From Pseudovirgaria hyperparasitica (Eukaryota), in NCBI GenBank assembly GCA_010093815.1, contig ML996575.1: 64,000 nucleotides of DNA. One strand, 5' to 3'. The stretch's first letter is position 1. Every line of letters starts with the position of its first letter. The position numbers and the translations under genes are program-made. Positions 58,111 through 64,000 of the stretch are shown in pieces. A model generated the notes under the pieces. The model did not search any database and was not told the origin of the DNA. It was given only the letters and a program-made list of their open reading frames with translations.

Positions 58111-60471
58111 TCACCCCCTCTCCCCCCAAACCCACGCCCAATCCGTCTGTCCCAGCCCCTGCCCCCCCTCCCCAGCCCACCGAACAACAGCCCAACAAAC
58201 CGCACCAACAACGCCCACGCCAAAAACCACCATGCCCCCTCTCACAACCCCATCCCCAACATCACAAAGCCCCAGGGGATCTCTGGGATCAACGCTGACA
58301 CCAGCCCAGTTGACATCCCTCCCGCTCAGACCACCAGCGCCTCCGCCATGCCTCACGACGGCCCATTCGGCGTCCTTTGGCAGAGGCAGACTCTTCGCGT
58401 ACGAGCCCTCGCGCGGAGGTGAGGATGCTGAGGATGAAGTGGGGCGACCGGTCAGCGCGGTGGGCATGACGCGGCCGTTGCGTACCTCTTCGAGATGCCA
58501 TCTGGTGCGCTTGCCGTGCTCGAAGAAATTAAAGCGTTCGCGTTCGTTGCGGAGCGAGCGTTGGAGGTCGGTGGCCCACTTGGCCATGGATATCCGGGAC
58601 AGGCGTTCCTCTTCCGCGGCGGTGTGTTGGCTGAAGCGTGTGAGAGCAAAGGTATTGGTTAGTGGAGATGGAAGGTTGTCGGAATGTATGGAACCCGGGT
58701 ACGAGTAAAACGGCGATGTGCCGCATGGAACAAGGACCTCGGAAGCTCGAGGCGATGATAGGAGTGACGATGCCGCTGATGTCTGGCAGGCACCGAGAGC
58801 TGAAAACGGTGTATGTATGGTATGAGGCGAGGAATCGGGTGATGATATGCCGGTAGAAGGTATCTTGGATTGTGCCAATTTGACATACGCTTTATGCCAT
58901 GAAATGTACCTCTTGGCGGATAGATGTCGGAGCCAGGCCATGTTCTCAGGATCAAAGAGCTGCATGGCAAGAGATGAGAGGTCGGATTGAAGAAGGGGTT
59001 GGATGTAGTCAGAGGACATGAGAAGCGAGGCGTCCATGTTTTCGGTGTCGGGAGCAGTCTTGCATGATATGGCGAATGGCGCGTTTGAGTCAGTGTACCC
59101 AGTCTGCTCCGCACTCTGATCCAGACATGCAGTGGTCTCGGTGACAGTATTGGTTCGTGCCTTTGGTCGATTGGCAATATCCTTAGCGGTCTTGATAAAC
59201 CGTAATGGAGGTTGGCCACGGGATACGAGACAGGCCATGAGCCTGTCCTTGAGCTCTTTCATCGCAGTCATGTCGAGTTCGTCCGCGTGCCCGATCAGCG
59301 GAAGGACATTCGTAATTTCTGAGAGACGCAGGAACTCCTGGACTTGGGTTTCAATGTCATGATCTAACAGCAGGTCAGCTGTGACACGCTTGGGACGCGC
59401 ACATAGCCACTTACGATGTGAGAATACGAAGAGTACCAGGTCCACCTGAGTGCCTCCACTCCCACTCAGCATCGCAAGTACCTCCGAATCCGACGCCGCC
59501 GTACCGGTCCCTTCATTCCTCAAATAGGCATCCTCCACGCACCTCACTATTCCTTCCCTCCTCTCGTTCACTGGCCCTGCGTCAAGGCCTGGGGTATCGA
59601 TAAAACACAAGTTTCGCTCCAGAACGGAATCACTCATACTCTTCCTCCGCTGTTGCAACGTATGATTCTCCAACGACTCCGACCACCACGATGGGTAAGT
59701 CTTGGTACTGGCGTACGTTTCCATGACGATGTTTCCAACGCTCTTCCTCCTCCCACCACTTTTCCTCCGGCCCTCTACCGTTCGAGTATGTGAGGCTACG
59801 ACGGGTGGGTCCACGTGGACGATGTCCTCGCACGACTGCACGAGCGATCTTATCAACGCCGTCTTTCCCACCCCGCTGAAGCCGGCAACAAGGACCTTGA
59901 GCCGGCCCATCTCTTTCCCCCGAGCCGTGAAAGGCCGTCGTTTAGGCATCTGTATGCTGGGCATAACAAGCTGAGGCATACTGCCACATCGCTCCCCGTT
60001 GTGATGACCATTGTATCGCCTGTCCTCTTCCTCTTCCTCGTCACTGGACATGATCGCCTGGCTCGTCGTATCGTCCGTCACAGAATCTTCGTCGGACAGG
60101 CGGAGGGACTTCATGGACAGCGATTTCGGCGTGTCTGGTATTGTGGACCGGGAAGCTGGGGAGTCGAGGATGTTGGGAGAATGTCCTCTCGAGTCTTTTG
60201 TGCCACTGCTGCAAGCTCCTCGAGCACACCCGTCTCCAGACGTATCATCCAGCGCCTTCCCTTCCTCCACAACACCCCGATTTAGCTCCTGATCCATCTG
60301 CTCCTCAGTTCGCAGGAAGAAAGTCATAGTACCGTTCGGTCCAGGGTTGGTAATAGGCGTGAGGTCTGACGTTGCCGTTGCAGTCGTCGCACCAGACTTA
60401 CTGCGGGATCGTAGAGCCGGTCGGTCAAAGGCGACAGCGGCCTCGACCTCGACCCCGGCCGGCGGTCGCAT
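58111..60471 (-). CDS. Septin-like P-loop GTPase with a C-terminal transmembrane segment; probable 51-nt in-frame intron 59414-59364
   Basis: RLKVLVAGFSGVGKT (G1), RNLCFIDTPG (G3), NVLPLIGHAD (G4-like), hydrophobic VVFGVGVVGAVCWAVV near the C-terminus. Confidence 0.82.
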   Translation of the reverse strand: MRPPAGVEVEAAVAFDRPALRSRSKSGATTATATSDLTPITNPGPNGTMTFFLRTEEQMDQELNRGVVEEGKALDDTSGDGCARGACSSGTKDSRGHSPNILDSPASRSTIPDTPKSLSMKSLRLSDEDSVTDDTTSQAIMSSDEEEEEDRRYNGHHNGERCGSMPQLVMPSIQMPKRRPFTARGKEMGRLKVLVAGFSGVGKTALIRSLVQSCEDIVHVDPPVVASHTRTVEGRRKSGGRRKSVGNIVMETYASTKTYPSWWSESLENHTLQQRRKSMSDSVLERNLCFIDTPGLDAGPVNERREGIVRCVEDAYLRNEGTGTAASDSEVLAMLSGSGGTQVDLVLFVFSHRKWLCARPKRVTADLLLDHDIETQVQEFLRLSEITNVLPLIGHADELDMTAMKELKDRLMACLVSRGQPPLRFIKTAKDIANRPKARTNTVTETTACLDQSAEQTGYTDSNAPFAISCKTAPDTENMDASLLMSSDYIQPLLQSDLSSLAMQLFDPENMAWLRHLSAKRYISWHKAYVKLAQSKIPSTGISSPDSSPHTIHTPFSALGACQTSAASSLLSSPRASEVLVPCGTSPFYSYPGSIHSDNLPSPLTNTFALTRFSQHTAAEEERLSRISMAKWATDLQRSLRNERERFNFFEHGKRTRWHLEEVRNGRVMPTALTGRPTSSSASSPPREGSYAKSLPLPKDAEWAVVRHGGGAGGLSGRDVNWAGVSVDPRDPLGLCDVGDGVVRGGMVVFGVGVVGAVCWAVVRWAGEGGQGLGQTDWAWVWGERG

Positions 60472-61516
60472 TTTTGGTGGAATATATGTGTGTCGGGAGA
60501 GGGTGCGTGTAGTAGAAAGCTAGTATGTATGTGTATATGTACGCCGCTTTCGTCTTTTCGTCAAAAAGAATCAAAGGTAAACGAACGTGTCACAATGTTG
60601 GAGTGGACCTCTACTTGACAACAGCCCGGAGGTAGGTAAGTAGGTAGCCCGGGCGGCGGGGTACTTGAGCATGGACCACCACATCGACGTCAGTTCAAGG
60701 GGCAAGGCCCCTTGGAGTGCTGTGAATGCTATGATGCTTCACCATGCCGCCCTTTTCTTTCAGGTTAACATGCTTTGGATTGACCTTGGCTAAATGTCAC
60801 TGCAGGTGCAACAACTTATCAGTGAAGGTGTTTCGCCAGGACATTAAGCAAGACAGCAGCGTAAAAGGTAACTTTTTGTAAACATCTAGAGATTTCCATC
60901 CCTAGGAAGCGCAGCATGTGACTGAGATGCCTCCTCTATCATACAGCTCTAGCCAATTCTGCCCTCTCCTCCCAGGAATTAGCCCGCTTTCATAGTTGTA
61001 GTAAGTTTCCTGTTACTCCGTCTCCGTTCCGTCATTTTCTCAGGTGTTGTAGGACACGACGCACAAGCGACCTCCATTCGAATCTCCTTGAAGCAGCAAG
61101 CCCCTAAACGAGAAATCCACAGCCATCTTGAGCCCTCGCGGAAAGATATAAACGAAGATACATGATGCTGAAATTACAGGCAGAAGGGAAGGGGAAAGGT
61201 GTAAACACAAAAGCCAACGCTATGCAGCAAATTGAACAACAGAGGGGCTTTGAAACTAAAGGGGTACGGGGCATTGGGGTTACCCGTAGACGCGCCGAGA
61301 ACGAAAGCTTAACTTTTTCCACCATGTCCGGGGTGTGTTTCCACTATTGCGCTAAGTGTAGTAGGTAAAGTACAGGCGTAAGTTCGTGACATCAAGAATG
61401 GGTTTGGGTGCTCATTTTTTCAATTTTAAGGTGGCGTACGCTTCCGTTGGTGAATCAAGAACGGTCGAAGAGGGGGGGGGGAGGCGTTGGCGAACTGCAG
61501 AATTCGAGTGATGAGT

Positions 61517-63306
61517 CTAGGCAGCCTGGCTGTTTCCGCGTCCACGAGGAGTGGAAGTGCCACCACGTCCTCGAGGGTTGAACCCGCCCCGGCCACCATC
61601 CTGCTTGAAGCCTCCACGGCCTTGGCCAGCTGGGCGGGCATCACCGCGGCCGCCACGCTGGGCACCACCACGCGGGAACGAGTTTCCGAAGTTACCCTGG
61701 GCAGCGCGAACGCGACGCTCTTCGACGAAGACGGAATCCTCGCCAATTTTATGTGGGTTGGCAGCTACAGCTGACTGGAAGCCAGCACGGGTGGCAAAAT
61801 CGACAAAAGCGCAATTCTATAAACTATCGTTAGCTTCATCAAGAGGTCAGGGGCTTCACGTCTTACCTTGCCACGGCTAATGTCCAGATAGGTGATCTCA
61901 CCGTGCTTCTGGAGTGCTGCCTTCAGTTCATCATCCTTGACGCCCTCGAATACGTTTTTGATGTAGGCGCGCGTGGTTTGTTCCTCTGCTTGGGGCTGGC
62001 CAATGGACCGAGATTGGCGCTTGCTATGGTCGGCGCCGGCCGTCTGCCATCCAGCGGCAGAGTCGGCGCCGCTGGTGGCGGGAGAGGGGTCTCGCTGAAC
62101 TTGCGCTGCGGCCGGAGCGGATGGAGCAGAGGGTGGAGCTGTGTTGGCAGCGGGCTGTGGCGCCGAAGCCGCTGTAGATTTCGATGCGGCAGATGTGGAT
62201 CCCGAGGCAGCTCCGGGCATCTGAGGCATGGCGACTCGGTTCGCAGCAGCAGCGAGACTGGCCCAGGACTTGGGAACAGCAGGCTTCGCAGGAGTAGGGG
62301 CCGGGGCCGGGGTAGCCTTTGGTTGCACTGGAGTCGGCTCGGGATCTTTGGGCTTCTCGGGCTGCGTTACATCTTCTTCTTCCTCGACGGCGGCAGCGGC
62401 AGCCTCTTCTGATGGCTTCTCTTCAGTAGAGGTGACAGCAGCAGCAACGGGGGCATCTTCAGCGACGTCGATCTCAGCGTTATCAGGAGCTGCAGTGCCG
62501 TTGACAGCAGCTGGCGGAGCAGACACCTCAGGCTCAGCATTTGCGTCGGTCGCAGAAGCTTGCTCGTCATCCTCATCAAGCTTGTGTGCCGTCGCCTCAT
62601 CGTTGTTACTCAATGATTCGGCCGGAGTATCGTTGGCGGTGGACACCGCTTCAGTGGTGCCTGCGGCTTCGGCGTGGGATGCATCTTCTGCCTCAACCTC
62701 AGCATCCTCATCGGAGATGTAACGGAAGATGTCATTCAGGACAAAGTAACCATTCGTCTGCGCGGCAAGTACAAAGGTCTGAACGAACTTCTTGTGCGGT
62801 TGTTGCTTGTTGGAGATTTCGCCGATGACTTGGATTACTATGTGTTGATCGGAGCCCTGAGAGTCGACATTGGTAATTCTGACCTTACAGTCTTGGAATT
62901 CGAGCTCCTTGATGCGTTCGTTGATGGTCTGTCGAGGGTTGGGGTTAGACATGATCAAGCTAGAGAAGCAGAACCGATATACAATAGTACCTTTTGACCG
63001 ATGCAGACTGCAACCTTCTCCTCTTCAGTACCAGAGACGAATTGGGAGCGTTTGTTGTAGAAGAGCTGAAGACGGATTAGCAAGCTTTTGACATCATGAT
63101 CCATATTATCCGCTACTCACGAAAAGCTTCTCCGGGCTTCGGCTAAGGGTGGTGTAGTATTGCTCGACAAAGTACCAGCCGACCTCATCCTTGGGAATGT
63201 CGCTGCCACCCGATGAAGATTGAGAGGAGACGCCGTCTTTCTCTGTGCTTCCGTAGTTTTGCTGATGAGGTGCGAAGTTGCCGTTTGTAATCTGTTCGGT
63301 AGCCAT
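61517..63306 (-). CDS. nxt3: NTF2-RRM-RGG protein (G3BP/Nxt3/Bre5 ortholog); 4 exons
   Basis: EVGWYFVEQYYTTL, KKFVQTFVLAAQTNGYFVLNDIFRY, KSWASL motif, RRM (RAYIKNV...NCAFVDF), RGG-rich tail ending NSQAA* at 61517. Confidence 0.95.
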
Positions 63307-64000
63307 GATTCCGATGCGGTAAAGGTGATGTGGAGTCTTGAACGAAACAGCGATGTGGAAAGTGGGCAGGCAAGGAAGGGTGACGAAAGACTGTCTGAAT
63401 AGATGAGGGCGTCTAAATGAGACAGATGTCTAGTACGTACGCATGTCAGCTTTGTTTGAGGACCTCAAAGCTTACAACGACGTACTCGGAGATCGCGACT
63501 GGGAAGATTCAAAGGTCGAGGTCAAGCTGGGCAAGTAAAGTCGGGGGAGCTTTGCTTGGTAGAGAGGAAACGGAGTGTGCGTGGGCGGTATTATGGATGT
63601 GATGGAGAAGTGTATAGAAGAGACACGATAAGATCTAAGGTCAATTCGCGCGTAGAGAGATGGAGAGAGGAAGTCAGACGTGTCTTGATGCTGAGCAAAG
63701 GTTGTGGGGAGAACGACAATGAATCGAATTCTATCCTAGCCGGAAAAATGAGTGGCGACTAGGGAGCAGGCACCCTAGCTCCCGCAACTAATACCGCCGA
63801 CCGAGCATATAAGATATATCCACGAGCGACAATTGGGCATGCAACATGTATGTGTCGTGAATTTTACATCTGAGTACGAACTATCCACGCAACTATCGTC
63901 ATGACATGAGTCTGCTGTCCGGTCAATTTTTATACATCAAAGCTGGCATGAGCGCCTGCTCCTAATCACCAAATATTTTTCTGCCAAACTCGTGCCTCAG

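Noticed and set aside
57890..58708. 272-aa Pro/His-rich ORF
   Set aside because: Antisense to the G-rich 3' end of the septin-like gene plus microsatellite sequence.
61426..61746. ORF-track frame for the G3BP 3' end
   Set aside because: Wrong frame. The spliced RRM-RGG frame ends at the TAG at 61517.

Overview
Eukaryotic DNA from a filamentous ascomycete (Pezizomycotina; probably a Dothideomycete, inferred from the NTF2-RRM protein). Short GT-AG introns with CTRAC branch points split most genes across several ORFs of the supplied track, so gene models were rebuilt by hand. About 25 protein-coding loci are present. The left ~41 kb looks like accessory metabolism: two Zn2Cys6 regulators; a sulfotransferase-like gene with one nonsense codon; an epoxide hydrolase, MetE-like Zn enzyme and FAD monooxygenase trio; a lactose/cellodextrin permease; secreted lipase, amidohydrolase and SRPBCC proteins; and a putative sulfur-scavenging cluster (DszA/NtaA-like monooxygenase, BVMO-type monooxygenase, UNC-93-like MFS, decayed MDR oxidoreductase) with a CYS-3/MetR-like site. 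The right part holds more conserved genes (Dcr2 phosphatase, Trm61-like methyltransferase, amidase, septin-like GTPase, G3BP/Nxt3) and a ~3 kb patchwork of micro/minisatellites. The most unusual item is a 5-exon gene at 51035-52966 predicted to join a HeLo/SesA-like N-terminal domain, a fungal ubiquitin-like domain, a C4 zinc ribbon and an acyl-carrier (GxDSL) domain. I found no rRNA, tRNA, CRISPR array or intact transposon. All family assignments come from motif recognition, not database searches.
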